Positions 51,072-64,000 are shown, counted from the stretch's first letter. The stretch: 64,000 nt of DNA from Octopus vulgaris (GCA_951406725.2 OX597815.1:10354001-10418000); one strand, 5' to 3'. Notes: generated from the letters alone by a model not told the origin. Numbers and translations: made by a program.

Positions 51072-51501
51072 GTTAGTTAGTTAGATAGTTAATTTTTTGG
51101 CTCAAAAAGCAAAAAGCAAGGCCATGTAGGGAGACATGGAGTTATGTACAGGGTGGTGTTCATGTAAAGAGTTCAGGCCACTTGAGGTCAAGGGAGACTT
51201 TGAATCGAGCGGTCGTCGGTATCTTCACCATCTTATTCCACGGATCCGCAACCCGAACGGAGAAAGCCCCTCTTCTTCGATTGAGATGAAATCGTCGCAG
51301 ATAGAGCTTTTCGGAATGACCCCTCAGCCGACGCTCTGGAGCAGGAGTGAAGAACAGCTCTTTCGAGAGGTTACACTTTTCGCTTATGATGTTGTGAGCA
51401 AGAATGAGATCACCACGGCGTCGTCGTTTTTCTAGAGAATAAAGGTCGAGCGTCTTCAGCCTTTCTTCATAAGACAAATTCTTGAGACCAAAGTACAACA
51501 C
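51072..51501 (-). pseudogene. CR1-clade LINE 3' remnant
   Basis: GLKNLSYEERLKTLDLYSLEKRRRRGDLI...LRGHSEKL...FSVRVADPWN; (CTAA)n tail. Confidence 0.92.
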
Positions 51502-51584
51502 TAGTTAGATTTAATCACTGTATATGTATAACTACTCGAAAATTAGTCGTGTTCCGTTTCTTTCTTTCTTTCCTTGAACTTTTC

Positions 51585-51835
51585 TTAAGACAGGATGAGT
51601 ATTGCGTTCGTCACTTTGAGCCAGGGACAAAGATACAATCCATGCAGTTGAAACCCCTCCTCATCGGCTCCAAAGAAGGCCAAGGCCGTTTCATCCGCAG
51701 AGAAGGTGATCGCCTCAGTTTTTTGGATGCAAAAGGCAGTGTACATATTGAGTACCATCAAAATGGCCTCACCATCAATGAAGAGCACGATGCCAATTTG
51801 ATGAGGCAGTTATGAAAGGCTATCAAGACCAAAAG
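51585..51835 (+). pseudogene. mariner transposase catalytic-domain fragment
   Basis: QDEYCVRHFEPGTKIQSMQ then, frameshifted, PKKAKAVSSAEKVIASVF and DAKGSVHIEY..NGLTIN.EHDANLMRQL. Confidence 0.85.
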
Positions 51836-51997
51836 AGTATCTATGAACCTTTCAGCCGACACTCGTATACAATTATAAAATCAAACAACCTACCGCCTGT
51901 CGGATCGCTGTGTGCCCTAGTGATCAATTAACTCGCTTAGATGAACTTAGATTATACTACCTTGGTCTATCTACTATATATATATATATATATATAT

Positions 51998-52206
51998 AGG
52001 GCGAGTTCACAAAAAAGCCCCAAAAGACGAAGACAGGTGGTGTATAAAACAAACAGATGTATTAGTATAACGCTCGGGAATAGAAAAAGTCTTTTACGTT
52101 TCGAGCCTACGCTCTTCTACAGAAAGGAACACAGAAAAAAACAAGGAGAGAAACAAGGAAACAAAAAAAGTGTGTGTAGTGGCTACCGATCTATCGTGGC
52201 GACATG
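51998..52206 (-). mobile_element. ~210-bp Penelope-like terminal repeat with a hammerhead-like motif at 52091-52126
   Basis: Second copy at 60210-60420; the motif is CTTT CTGTAGA A GAGC-GTAG-GCTC GAAA CG TA AAAG. Confidence 0.65.
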
Positions 52207-53556
52207 ATATATATATATATATATATACGCACACACAGACAGACAGACAGACACATACATATGCGCGTTTAAAAGAGATAGCTTAATACATAGATGTGGG
52301 TGTACGTGCATATATGTGCAAGTGAGTGCACGCTAAAGTCTGTGTCCCCATACTTATGAGTCATAGAGTGTCTGCGTCAAACAAACGTGTGTGTATGGTA
52401 TGTACGTCCATAAAAATGTGCCTGTGTGTATTTACAGTGTACAATCTGATCTGAATTTATATTCCGGCTATAATGTGCTTTAAAAACAATTTAACTGAAA
52501 AAGAAGTTAATATAGTTTCTTTGTAGAGTGTTTTTGAGTGTGAAAATCGATGACTGCAGAAGTCCAACTGCCATGTTTTCTCTGTGGAACTAGAAATCTT
52601 ATAACCGAAAAGCTGAAATGCTGTTTGTGTGTTGATTTGCTGCTGTTCTACAAAGCTATATTTGATGTATCATAGGTCGGTTGTAAGTATTGGTAAACGT
52701 GTGTATACAATATCAAAGTAGAGCTGTCAGCAGTGAGTGATGCCTTCTAATATAAAATGAGACAACTCACTGATCGCTTATAAAAAATGGTCGCCGTAAT
52801 ATTGCTGCTAATTTTTGCTGTTGCTATATTGGATACCGTTACCGTCAATGAGTAGGTGTAACAAGTGATCGGATGAGAATAATCGATACAATTATATCAC
52901 AAATAAATTCTGTGGGCTTACATCGCTGGCACGCCACTAATATAGTCTTCCGTTTGTCACAAGAAATTAGCTACACAGAAATTTGTTTTTTCATATCTAT
53001 GTATCCAATATGCTGTTCCTCATAGCTTATTTCATACGCCATCAACCACACATCCAACTAATATGCTCGTGATAAGACTTTTACAAATAATCTCTTATTT
53101 CAGGGGTTCTCAGCCTTTCTGAAGAGCGACCCAAAGTAGCGCATATAGTGTCAAAATGGCGACCGAACGAAACATTAAATAAAAAAAAAAAAGATGAAGA
53201 AAATCTAATGAATTGCATTAACTCTATTACGTTTTTTTTAACTCAATATACTGCGAAATAATTTTATATTTAATTAAAAGGAAAAAAAGTTGAAGTCAGT
53301 AATATAAAATGGGAAATGGTGGATGATTTTGCTTGATTTACTCCATAACTCGAGAAAAATATTTAAAATAAATTTTATTGCTTGGAAACCGAATCTATGA
53401 CTAGGAAAATCCAATTAATTTTACAATTATAGCGCCTTATTGAATTTATTTTACGTGGTAATTCATTTTATGAAACTAAATATTGATAAACCTCCTGAAA
53501 CTGATTTGAATGTTGTTTACTTAATTGTAGCAATGCCTATCACTCATTATTTTATA

Positions 53557-53944
53557 GGTGGAGGCGCAATGGCCCAGTGGTTAGGGCAGAGGACTCGCGG
53601 TCATAGGATCGCGGTTTCGATTCCCAGACCGAGCGTTGTGAGTGTTTATTGAGCGAAAACACATAAAAGCTCCACGAGGCTCTGGCAGGGGATAGTGGTG
53701 ATCCCTGCTGTACTCTTTCACCACAACTTTCACTCACTCTTACTTCCTGTTTCTGTTGTACCTGTATTTCAAGGGGCCGGCCTTGTCACTCTCTGTGTCA
53801 CGTTGAATATCCCCGAGAACTACGTTAAGGGTGCACGTGTCTGTGGAGTGCTCAGCTACTTACACGTTAATTTCACGAGCAGGCCGTTCCGTTGATTCGG
53901 ATCAACCGGAACCCTCATCGTCGTAACCGACGGAGTGCTCCCAC
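53557..53944 (+). mobile_element. SINE-B, full length
   Basis: Near-identical to the 11872 copy; TSD ATTTTTATAGGT. Confidence 0.92.
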
Positions 53945-54169
53945 ATTTTATAGGTTTGCTTGTTTTTATGGAATTTCGTTCACTATCGCGAAAAGGTATT
54001 GTCACCAAAATTCCCACTTATATAACTGAGCATCACATCACTCTCTCTGCGAGATCTGTGTATGTCTGTCATATCCCTGTCTTACGATAATTCTCAAAAA
54101 TTCTTTACTCAACTTTAGGGAGGTTATATACCCGTTTTTGTTTTTTGCAATTGAATAAGAACCTTGAAA

Positions 54170-55030
54170 TTGGACAAGTTAAGAAAGTTCTTCCAGTCCA
54201 GGATTCACCATTGATATAATCTGAATCTTAAGTCAGCTTCCTATTGCAATTAAGTTGTTTGCCTGGCCTTTGTATTTGTTCGGGCTGAGAGAACCTCGAT
54301 TCACGCAGGTATGTTGTAACAAAGGGAAGAAACACTTTCATTACTCATTTTCCGAGGATTAATATTTTCACCTGTCTGACATTCAAAGAGAATTTACTGA
54401 TAAATTCCAAATTTTTTATTGAAATTATAAATCATTTTAAACTTGAACAAAGCTTTCTTGAAAAGTATTAATGTTGGCAAAATCGTCCTGAAAATCGTTA
54501 TTGCTAAAATTAAAAGGAATCCACGGCCAATTATATTGGTCAGCAGCTTATATTACAATGTAGTGATTGAATTCTGTAACTACTGTTGTTTGATGGTGAA
54601 AAGAAAATATTTTGTACATCATTAAAGTTATTACCGATATTTTGTAGTAGATTAAATGCTGCAAAAATTCAGTTCTTTTTGGTCCAGTTTCCTTTCCCAT
54701 AATTTGAGTATTCTTTAAACACATTTAGTTTCTCTATTAAAATCAATAATTGTTTGATCAGTCTTATGGAGAGATATTCAAGTAATTCAATTGAATGAAA
54801 AATAAAATATCGGAAAGATAAGCGAATTGAAGCACCCACACGGAATTTCGAAATCTTAAAGCTGAAGAATTATGTTTTTCAGATAAAAGAATTTCTACTT
54901 CATTTCCTAATGGCATAACTTGTTGCAGAACTTTTCCTCGAGATAGCCATCCGATCTTCAATAGAGTAAATGTTCCTATCCAGGATTCGGCTTAAGTACA
55001 AAAGTCACTTGAAGAGTCTGTTATTGAGAA
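54170..55030 (-). pseudogene. hAT (Buster/Charlie-type) transposase remnant
   Basis: LNNRLFK...GWLSRGKVLQQV..L.NEVEILL...WVLQFAYLSDI...LNYLNIS, and the dimerisation domain FLPFVTTYLRESRFS...EADLR. Confidence 0.85.
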
Positions 55031-55879
55031 ATAAAGCACTCACTTGGTAGTACTGGGGTCGCAGATATCAACTGCTCGCCCCCACGTGGCCACTGGACTT
55101 ATGCTTAAATTAACATTAATTAATAATTTCCCTTCCAACGATGTGCTTTTGAAACAAATTTTTATACTATGTTAACCCTCGCCTACACAGTGGAAAAGTT
55201 TAAAATGAGATTAATTTCCCTTTCTTTTTTTTTCTCACCACCCTTTAAGGGCTATAAGCACTGTCGTTGACTGAAATCAAATTGTTCTTTAAGATCTCTT
55301 GAAATGTTCTCATTAAAACCATGGACCATAGCATTTGTCAATAGTATATCCTGCAACTTCTAAGCGATATCATCTCTACACTTAATACCTACCACACCAA
55401 ACTTTGGCTGTGTTGTAGTGGAAATGGTACACCCCTCCCACGGCACAAGTGGGATCAGAGAGCCAATATAAAAATGTGACGACGTCAACCGGCACAGGGA
55501 GTCGTGTGTCAGTCGTTGTACCAGTTGTTGTGCGTTGGTTTCGCTCCCTTGTGAGTTGTTGCTTTTTGTTTGAAGTTGTTGAGTTGCTGAATTGTTGAGG
55601 ATTGTGTTTGATTTTCTGTTTTTGAATTTGTTGAGGGTTTTGTTTGGCTTCCCCATTTGTGAGTGGAGCGGTGAATGGCAGAGTTGTGCAGGTCCGAACG
55701 GGCAGTTGTGCGGCGGAGACAGGCAGGAGCCTGACAGCTGAGCTGCTGCAGGTGAAGGAACTGGAAGTGGGGGATGTGGACTGTGAGTAATTCAGTGCCT
55801 TGTTGAGGAGGGAGGGAGGTGCCTGCGACTGACCCCACCCACCGCCGAGAAGTGACAGAGAGGGCAGAAAGAGGAATGG

Positions 55880-56900
55880 TTACGTGCAGAACGTTGAATG
55901 TGGAAACGGGGAGGGTGGTAGTAGCGGGCGTTGGAGCGACGGAGGAGTGTTTGAGGGACGTGGAGGGTTTTGCATTCTGTAGCAGAGGATGAAGGTTTGA
56001 CGCGGTGGAGGTGCGTTTCGTTAGGGAGAGCGAAGCGGGGAAGTGCTCTACCGTGGCCTTGAGGTCGGCACAGTGGGCGCTCTTACCTGCTTGCTGTGAC
56101 AGATGTGCGGCCGGGGTGGGAATGGGAAGAGTGCCACCAGAGATGGGCGAAGACTGGCTTGTGGCAGCCATCCTCTACAATACAGAGGAGAAGTGGAGAT
56201 ATTGAAAATATCAAAGACAGCGGAGGTCAACTTGTGGGGGTTTGGCTTCGAAGTGATGGTACTTATCAGCCTGCCTGACCTCCACAAAATGACAGAAGAG
56301 ATAATCCTACCCGATGAAACCAGACTGAGAGTCATGGTGGAGGGTAGACCACCAATATGCTTCCAATGTGGAGTAAAGGGGCACATAAAGGCAAGGTGTC
56401 CCCAGAAACACGAACAGGACGTGGTGGAGAAAGAGAGTCCGGAAAAAGTAAATGAAATAGCGGAGGAGGAAGCAGAGTTTTCCGAGGCCGAGAAGAGAGG
56501 AAATCGTGAGTCTCCACCGAAAAAGAAAAAAAGGGAAACAGAAAAGATGAAGCAACGAGAGAACAAATACAAGAGCCGGAACCGCCAACAAGTAAGGAGG
56601 AGGAGGAGGAGGAGGAGGAGGGACGGAAAGAACTGGTTGATCAGATAGAAACAACAGCAATAATGACGGAGAATGTTGAAAGACGGCCACGTAAAGGAAA
56701 ACACGAAAGGATGTTGGCGAGATACGAGAAAAGCGTAGAAATTGAAAAGCGGATAAGAAGAATGAAAGGCGAAATAAGAGTGAAACTAGGAGATAAAAAG
56801 ATGAATCGAAACATGAAAACAGTATTATTTAGATGATGAAAAGGCAGCCAGACTGAAAGGGATATTCGGAAGTAGGATGGAAAATACACCATTGCGGGTT
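55880..56900 (+). pseudogene. Gag-like LINE ORF1 remnant with a CCHC zinc knuckle (probably L1/Tx1 type)
   Basis: RLRVMVEGRPPICFQCGVKGHIKARCP (C-X2-C-X4-H-X4-C) followed by a K/E/R-rich region; frameshifts upstream. Confidence 0.7.
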
Positions 56901-56914
56901 CGATTCGACGAATT

Positions 56915-57702
56915 ACCTATTTCTTTACTACCCACAAGGGGCTAAACACAGAGGGGACAAACAAGGACAGACAAACGGATTAAGTCGATTACATCGACCC
57001 CAGTGCGTAACTGGTACTTATTTGATCGACCCCAAAATGATGAAAGGCAAATTCGACCTCGGCGGAATTTGAACTCACAACGTAACGGTAGACGAAATAC
57101 CTATTTCTTTACTACCCACAAGGGGCTAAACACAGAGAGGACAAACAAGGACAGACAAACGGATTAAGTCGATTATATCGACCCCAGTGCGTAACTGGTA
57201 CTTATTTGATCGACCCCAAAATGATGAAAGGCAAATTCGACCTCGGCGGAATTTGAACTCAGAACGTAACGGCAAACGAAATACTTGTTTCTTTACTACC
57301 CACAAGGGGCTAAACACAGAGGGGACAAACAAGGACAGACAAATGGATTAAGTCGATTACATCGACCCCAGTGTGTAACTGGTACTTATTTAATCGACCC
57401 CGAAAGGATGAAAGGCAAAGTCGACCTCGGCGGAATTTGAACTCAGAACGTAACGGCAGACGAAATACCTATTTCTTTACTACCCACAAGGAGCTAAACA
57501 CAGAGGGGACAAACAAAGACAGACAAACGGATTAAGTCAATTACATCGACCCCAGTGCGTAACTGGTACTTATTTGATCGACCCCAAAAGGATGAAAGGC
57601 AAAGTCGACCTCGGCGGAATTTGAACTCAGAACGTAACGGCAAACGAAATACCGCTGAGCATTTCGCCCGGCGTGCTAACGGTTCTGCCAGCTCACCGCC
57701 TT
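56915..57702 (-). repeat. SINE-C tandem array: one head plus four ~184-bp units inside one TSD
   Basis: ATTCGACGAATT at 56903-56914 and 57704-57715. Confidence 0.92.
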
Positions 57703-57931
57703 AATTCGACGAATTGAAGATATAAAACGTTTTCTGATATAGAAAAGAAAAATTAAAAGATACAAAATGAACAGTAAAAACAGTAAAATGCAACTTCCTA
57801 CTTTGCGGGGTAGAAAGTCATTTCATTATCATTATTTTTCACATCTCATAAATCATTCGTTTAATCGTTATATGTACCCCACGTTTGTGTTGTCTGTCCT
57901 CGTAGTCTCCCCTCTATTTTTAAGGCTTCAT

Positions 57932-58228
57932 GTCCCTCCTCCTCCTCCTCCTCCTTACTTGTTGGCGGTTCCGGCTCTTGTATTTTGTTCTCTCGTTGTT
58001 TCATCTTTTCTGTTTCCCTTTTCTTTTTTTTTTTTTTCGGTGGAGACTCACGATTTCCTCTCTTCTCGACCTCGGAAAACTCTGCTTTCTTCCTCCGCTA
58101 TTTCATTTACTTTTTCCGGACTCTCTTTCTCCACCACCCGTCCTGTTCGTGTTTCTGGGGACACATTGCCTTTATGTGCCCCTTTACTCCACATTGGAAG
58201 CATATTGGTGGTCTACCCTCCACCATGA
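57932..58228 (-). repeat. Inverted copy of 56332-56624 (zinc-knuckle segment)
   Basis: Near-identical reverse complement; mirrored peptides appear in the ORF track. Confidence 0.92.
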
Positions 58229-59597
58229 TAATAAAAACGAGTCGTTTCTCGTGGGAATAAAATTTACTACCCGTACACTGGGTATACCCTTCTCAGAGAC
58301 AAGGTGAGTATGTATCAAAGTTCTAGACGGGGAAATCCACAGTTTATAAGGAACAGAATCGACGATAGAAGAATAAAGAGTAAAACAGTAGATAGAAGAA
58401 TACAGACAGGAGAATAAATTTCATTCACATTATTTGTAAATGGTCGAGATATATTTTCCATTTGATTAACGAAAGGATCGCTATATCAACGAATATGTTT
58501 TTGCAAATATTTCAGTGTTTATCAAAGCATTTACTGCACACACGAAGTTTCTGTTTGCAGCTTTAACAGATCTCTAAGTACAGAGTACAGATTGCTTTGA
58601 AAATATCCTTAATTAAATTTAGAGACCTTCATGGTTCGTTTTAACAAATAGATCTTTTTCAAAATGTATTGTTTTTAAACCTGTATCTGTTAATTCTTTG
58701 ATACTTTTCAACAATCACCAGCAAGATCACTGCTCACTTGTTGAAACCTGTAAATGAATTAAAGATTAAACAATGTATTCTTCTCCCATTGCAGTTTTAG
58801 CATCTCTTGTATCACCGAGACATCATTTTTGAATTCATTAATTACCTTGTCTTGTGCCCTCAGCTCTTTGATGGAGTCATAAAGGCTCAATCCTGGCATA
58901 CGGCATATCTTGAGCATCGCTTTAAACCTGGAGGTGCCAGCCCGTCTCTCTCTAGGCTTGATCCCAGCCGATTTCGTCACGAAGAGGAGACAGAAAGAGT
59001 GACAGAAATAGAAGCTACCCTAGTACAAAACTGGTACTTCATTCATTGGTTCCGAAAGGATGACAGGCAAAATTGACATCGGCGAAATTTTAACTTCGAG
59101 CGAAAAGACCCAATATGATTGCTACAAAACAATGTATCCGGAACTCTAACGACCGCCAACTGGCCACAACGGGACTCATTACTGTATCAATCAAAAGTTC
59201 TATACTGTCCTCACCTGTTGATGTAATCAGACAGTATGATTAGCAACAGTGTCGTGCTATAACAATCGCAACGTTTGTATTCGATTCACTTGTTGATATA
59301 ATCAATTGATATGACCCGACTTCGTATGACATACGATAATTTTTTTAGATTTCATCAGCAATGTAAACTGTGAGCTTTGCTGTTAGCTATATACATTTTG
59401 TTATCTGTGTGGAAATGATTGATTTATATTTCATTTGATAATTGATTTTTGTATTATTTTATAAATAATATATCTTATAGCCTCATAATTTTTTTATTTA
59501 TAAATATAATAAAACCGTCTGTAAGGAAGTATTTAATGGCAGTCTATTATTTAAAAATGGCTCTGACGTTATATCCAGGATAATGTATTGCAACAGT

Positions 59598-59682
<85 letters not shown>

Positions 59683-60209
59683 AAAAGGAACTAATTCCGT
59701 ATGGTTGCTTGACCTTTTGAAAATAGCAGCTAAATATTCCTCAAAAAGAGCCCTGCTGTTTAAAAGAAAAGGGAAGAACACGTAGTACAATGTTGTAGGA
59801 TAAAGAAGACTGGATTAGCGCATAAGTAGTAGTGATATTTTTCATCATTAGACTATTTAATAGCACATCACCTTGGGCTAAACAACAACATTAATATATA
59901 TTGTACTATTTAGATACACCAATTGCTCAATGTACAACCGAAATATCTCTCAATGAAATTTTAATTAAATTAACGTATACTTAAGTTCTAAATCTAATTT
60001 TTGTAGAAGATTTTAAAATATTCTATGTATAATAAAACTATTAACACTACCCATTATTAAGTCAGGATTCAGAATGGTAAAGTTATGAATCCTGAAAAAT
60101 GATAAGTATCATCAACTAAGAGGTGGGAAAACTGCAATGGGAGAGGGATATCCTGTATATCCTTTAGCACACACGTTGAGCCAGGTCAGATGGGTTAATG
60201 TGTAATATA

Positions 60210-60420
60210 GGAGAGTTTACGAAAAAAACACAACAAAAGACGAAGACAGGTGGTGTACAAAACAAACACATATATTAGTATAACGCTCAGGAATAGAAAA
60301 AGTCTTTTACGTTTCGAGCCTACTCTCTTCAACAGAAAGGGACACAGAAAAAAACAAGGAGAGAAACAAGGAGAAAAAAAATGTGTGTAGTGGCTAACGA
60401 TCTATCATGGCGACTGATAG
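60210..60420 (-). mobile_element. Second copy of the hammerhead-bearing Penelope-like repeat (motif at 60304-60339)
   Basis: Matches 51998-52206; flanking repeat ATGTGTAATATA. Confidence 0.65.
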
Positions 60421-60590
60421 ATGTGTAATATATAAAGATATATGCGTGCATACATAGATGCAGGTGTACATATATGTAGATATACTTTACTAGTCTTGAG
60501 AAGCTGGGATTAAAAAACCAGAAAACTGAACATAATCAGTTTACAGCGTCAAGATGCCAAAGGGATTGGTAAAATGTGTAAAACATCACA

Positions 60591-60990
60591 GCAGGAGTGG
60601 CTGTGTGGTAAGTAGCTTGCTAACCAATCACATGGTTCCGGGTTCAGTCCCACTGTGTGGCATCTTGGGCAAGTGTCTTCTGCTATAGCCTCGGACCGAC
60701 CAATGCCTTGTGAGTGGATTTGGTAGACGGAAACTGAAAGAAGCCTGTCGTATATATGTATATATATATGTGTGTGTTTGTGTGTCTGTGTTTGTCCCCC
60801 TAGTAATTGCTTGACAACCGATGCTGGTGTGTTTACGTCCCCGTCACTTAGCGGTTCGGCAAAAGAGACCGATAGAATAAGTACTGGGCTTACAAAGAAT
60901 AAGTCCAGGTGTCGATTTGCTCGACTAAAGGCGGTGCTCCAGCATGGCCGCAGTCAAATGACTGAAACAAGTAAAAGAGTAAAAGAGTAA
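60591..60990 (+). mobile_element. SINE-A, near full length
   Basis: Family motifs and (GTAAAAGA)n tail. Confidence 0.9.
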
Positions 60991-61238
60991 ATCAGTAACA
61001 AAATCTACGTATGAAACAGTATCGACACCTGCACCCATGTGTTCATGCGCAGATACACATGGGCTCACTAGTACCTATCTATCTACCTAGATATGTGCAC
61101 TCGCGTGCACACACACACACATGTATAGCATAGATAAATATATACAAACAGACAGACATATAAACAGTCAGAAAAAACTACTTTGTATGAGGTTGTATAA
61201 ATTCCAATGAAGAAGTTCTTGTTTCAAGGCTAGTAACC

Positions 61239-61457
61239 TATTTCTTTACTACCCACAAGGGGCTAAACACAGAGGAGACAAACAAGGACAGACAGACGGA
61301 TTAAGTCGATTATATCGACCCCAGTGCGTAACTGGTACTTGATTTATCGACCCCGAAAGGATGAAAGGCAAAGTCGACCTCGGCGGAATTTGAACTCAGG
61401 CGAAATACCGCTGAGCATTTTGCCCGGCGTGCTAACGTTTCTGCCAGCTCGCCGCCT
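61239..61457 (-). mobile_element. SINE-C monomer
   Basis: 20-bp TSD TTGTTTCAAG(G/C)CTAGTAACC. Confidence 0.9.
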
Positions 61458-62183
61458 TGTTTCAAGCCTAGTAACCGGCTCTTTCTCCCTTGAAGGAGAA
61501 TTTGATAAATAAAACCAAGAACGTTATACATTCCATCGAACTGGTTCCTCGGGAGAGCAAAAGTTCGAAGCCAAAGATTTTCCTCTCTCAGGCACATGTC
61601 TTAGCGCTTCTCTCAGTTCCCGTCTACCAAACCTACTTACAAAGACTTTGAATGTCTCACTGCTCTATTAGAAGGCGCTTGCTCGAGGTACTTTATAGTG
61701 GGACTGAACTCGGAATTATGTGATTGGAAAGCAATCTTTTTGTCTCTGTGTACAATATGCTAAGTTATCACATGTTCTTTAAAAGCTAATATATCAAACA
61801 CAGAATAATCTAATGGTGAAATGATATATTTAATAAAACACACTCGTATAAATACGGAACTTAGAGGATGGGATTAATAGTTCTGCTAATATTCATGTGT
61901 ATATCGTATTGAATGCGCTCTAAGTATTATATTCTACACTGGAGATGAAGCAATCCATAGTGTTTATATATTATGCTACTTGTGTTCTTGCTTTGCTTTA
62001 TCCTGTTCTGGTCGAACAGATCAACGGGGTGGAAGAAGTGCTCGTCGATAGAGTAAATGTTTGATTGAACAGGATTATGTTTGTGGTAATATTATATACT
62101 TTTTACAACTCACTCGAGAGAGAAGTTTCCATGCAGTACAAATATTTGTGTTCCTGCGTATGTAAGCGTATGTTTGTATGCGC

Positions 62184-62254
<71 letters not shown>

Positions 62255-62295
62255 ATATAAATGTTAAATCGAGCTCTTTTATTTTAAAATATGAT

Positions 62296-62535
62296 AAGGC
62301 AGCGAGCTGGCAGAACTATTAACACGCCGAACAAAATTGCTTAGCAGCATTTTGTCCGTGTTTTCGTTCTGAGTTCAAATTCCACCGAGGTTGACTTTAT
62401 GCGGAACAAATGATGGATTCAACAGACAAGCTGTTTGGTCAAAAGAACTGGAACAGGACTACTACCTGTATGTCGAGTTGCTCGATTAAAGGCGGCCGCA
62501 GTCAAATGACTGAAACAAGTAAAAGACTAAAAGAG
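62296..62535 (+). mobile_element. SINE-C head fragment followed by a SINE-A tail fragment
   Basis: AAGGCAGCGAGCTGGCAGAA...GAGGTTGACTTT, then GGCCGCAGTCAAATGACTGAAACAAGTAAAAGA. Confidence 0.65.
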
Positions 62536-62748
62536 AGTAGCCTACCAGAGTATCATGTACAAATTATACACCGCGTCCACAAACTTTTGCATATTTGAAT
62601 ATTCGCCATGTTCTTCGATGTCACTTATACCTCATATACGATTGTCTCTGTTGTAGTGACCATTAAGTCATCTGCTGTTGTAGCTATATGAACATCCAAT
62701 CTCTGTCTAAGGGGATTGTGGAGTCTGTCAACTAATATTTTCTTTATA

Positions 62749-62995
<247 letters not shown>

Positions 62996-63897
62996 TACAT
63001 ATACATATATCTACATGTATTTGTACGACATATATTTGAGTATGCATATCTGCGTGTATTTGTGTGGGTGTTTGAGTGTGGAGAGAGAGAGAAATGCAGA
63101 TAAATAGGCAAATAGATAAAAAAAAACAGGCTGAAATAGGTGGATAGATAGCTGGACGGTTATTCGTTATTGCTGTGATCTTCCAGCCGAAATTAATAAT
63201 GTTTAGTTTGAAAGTAACCAGCGGCCATGACTAATAACCACATGAAATATTAAACAGTTCCGGAAAGAGCGACCTCGTACATGTTGAATGCTTGTATAGA
63301 CTTTATTGATATCCGATGTCTGTCAGCAGATAAAATGTCTTGCGTGGAATCAAAGTGCTTCACTCTGTTAATCTATATTACTACTATAATACTACTTCAC
63401 AGATCACGGGTGGGAGATTGAAAGAGCCGTTTGAGCGTTTGACAAAGTGACTTGTAGTATTCAATTATAGCTCTTTACCGTTCAGAACTGAATTCATGCT
63501 GAAGTCGTCATAACTTTTGATCACTCTTGGGTCAATAAAATAATGAGTCACTCAAACACTGGGTTTGGTTTATATTCCTATAAGACATCCTGGATGCGAA
63601 TGGTATTTTCATAGAAAAACTAAAATGATAATGTAACTCATACACAAAATTAAAGCCTTGTGATCATGCTAAAAATCATTACAATTATCACCGAAGGACT
63701 TTGACTTGGGGGAGTCATTACGGCGTTGCTGTTATGTACTGACTTGATTTAACCAACTACGTCACTTCTCATAATGTATCGCCTTCTGCCAGTATAAGAT
63801 ATGGATATTCCTTAATTCATCGACCAAACATACTTGTACATTTTAGCGTTCGTTATTCAGTTATAAACTTGGGTTTTGTTGTTTTGTTTGTTCTTTC

Positions 63898-64000
63898 TCG
63901 AGCCACGCCTGGCTCATAAGGGCCGGTTTCCCGGTTTCCTTGGCGTATAGGTTCTTCACCTAGACGGGATGCCGGTCCGTCGCAGGTGAGCTGCAAGATG
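63898..64000. mobile_element. Start of another GC-rich interspersed repeat, cut by the window edge
   Basis: Abrupt GC-rich block after a (GTTT)-like tract; single copy in the window. Confidence 0.35.

Noticed and set aside
55462-55515. CCAAT/TATAAAA/CRE-like promoter
   Set aside because: The motifs overlap with atypical spacing and are expected by chance; no transcript evidence.
55509-56704. 220-aa and 218-aa minus-strand ORFs
   Set aside because: Shadows of the plus-strand Gag-like remnant.
58295-58312. Strong donor-like AAG|GTGAGT
   Set aside because: No credible upstream acceptor or ORF outside the inverted repeat.

Overview
Eukaryotic, AT-rich, repeat-saturated intergenic or intronic DNA. 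The repeat repertoire and the density of (TA)n/(TATC)n/(CA)n/(ATT)n microsatellites look like an octopus (coleoid cephalopod) genome; this is pattern recognition, not a search result. I find no intact host protein-coding gene. Nearly all ORFs in the track are microsatellite artefacts or decayed transposon fragments. Supported content: (1) four tRNA-like SINE families, labelled A-D here, with family C forming ~183-bp tandem arrays; (2) LINE remnants of the R4/Dong, CR1/L2, RTE and L1/Tx1 types; (3) Penelope-like remnants with fold-back ends and hammerhead-ribozyme-like motifs; (4) non-autonomous Helitrons plus two Helitron helicase C-terminal remnants; (5) hAT, mariner and maT/DD37D-like transposase remnants and two MITEs; (6) a 5'-truncated U6 snRNA pseudogene abutting a SINE. 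The most interesting signals are a non-canonical minimal hammerhead in two copies, one-head/many-body SINE arrays inside a single TSD, a LINE/SINE shared 3' stem-loop with compensatory changes, a possible U6-SINE chimera, and Penelope-like insertions that appear to carry copied neighbouring DNA. Coordinates were read by eye and can be a few bases off for decayed elements. Family assignments come from remembered motifs and need database confirmation.
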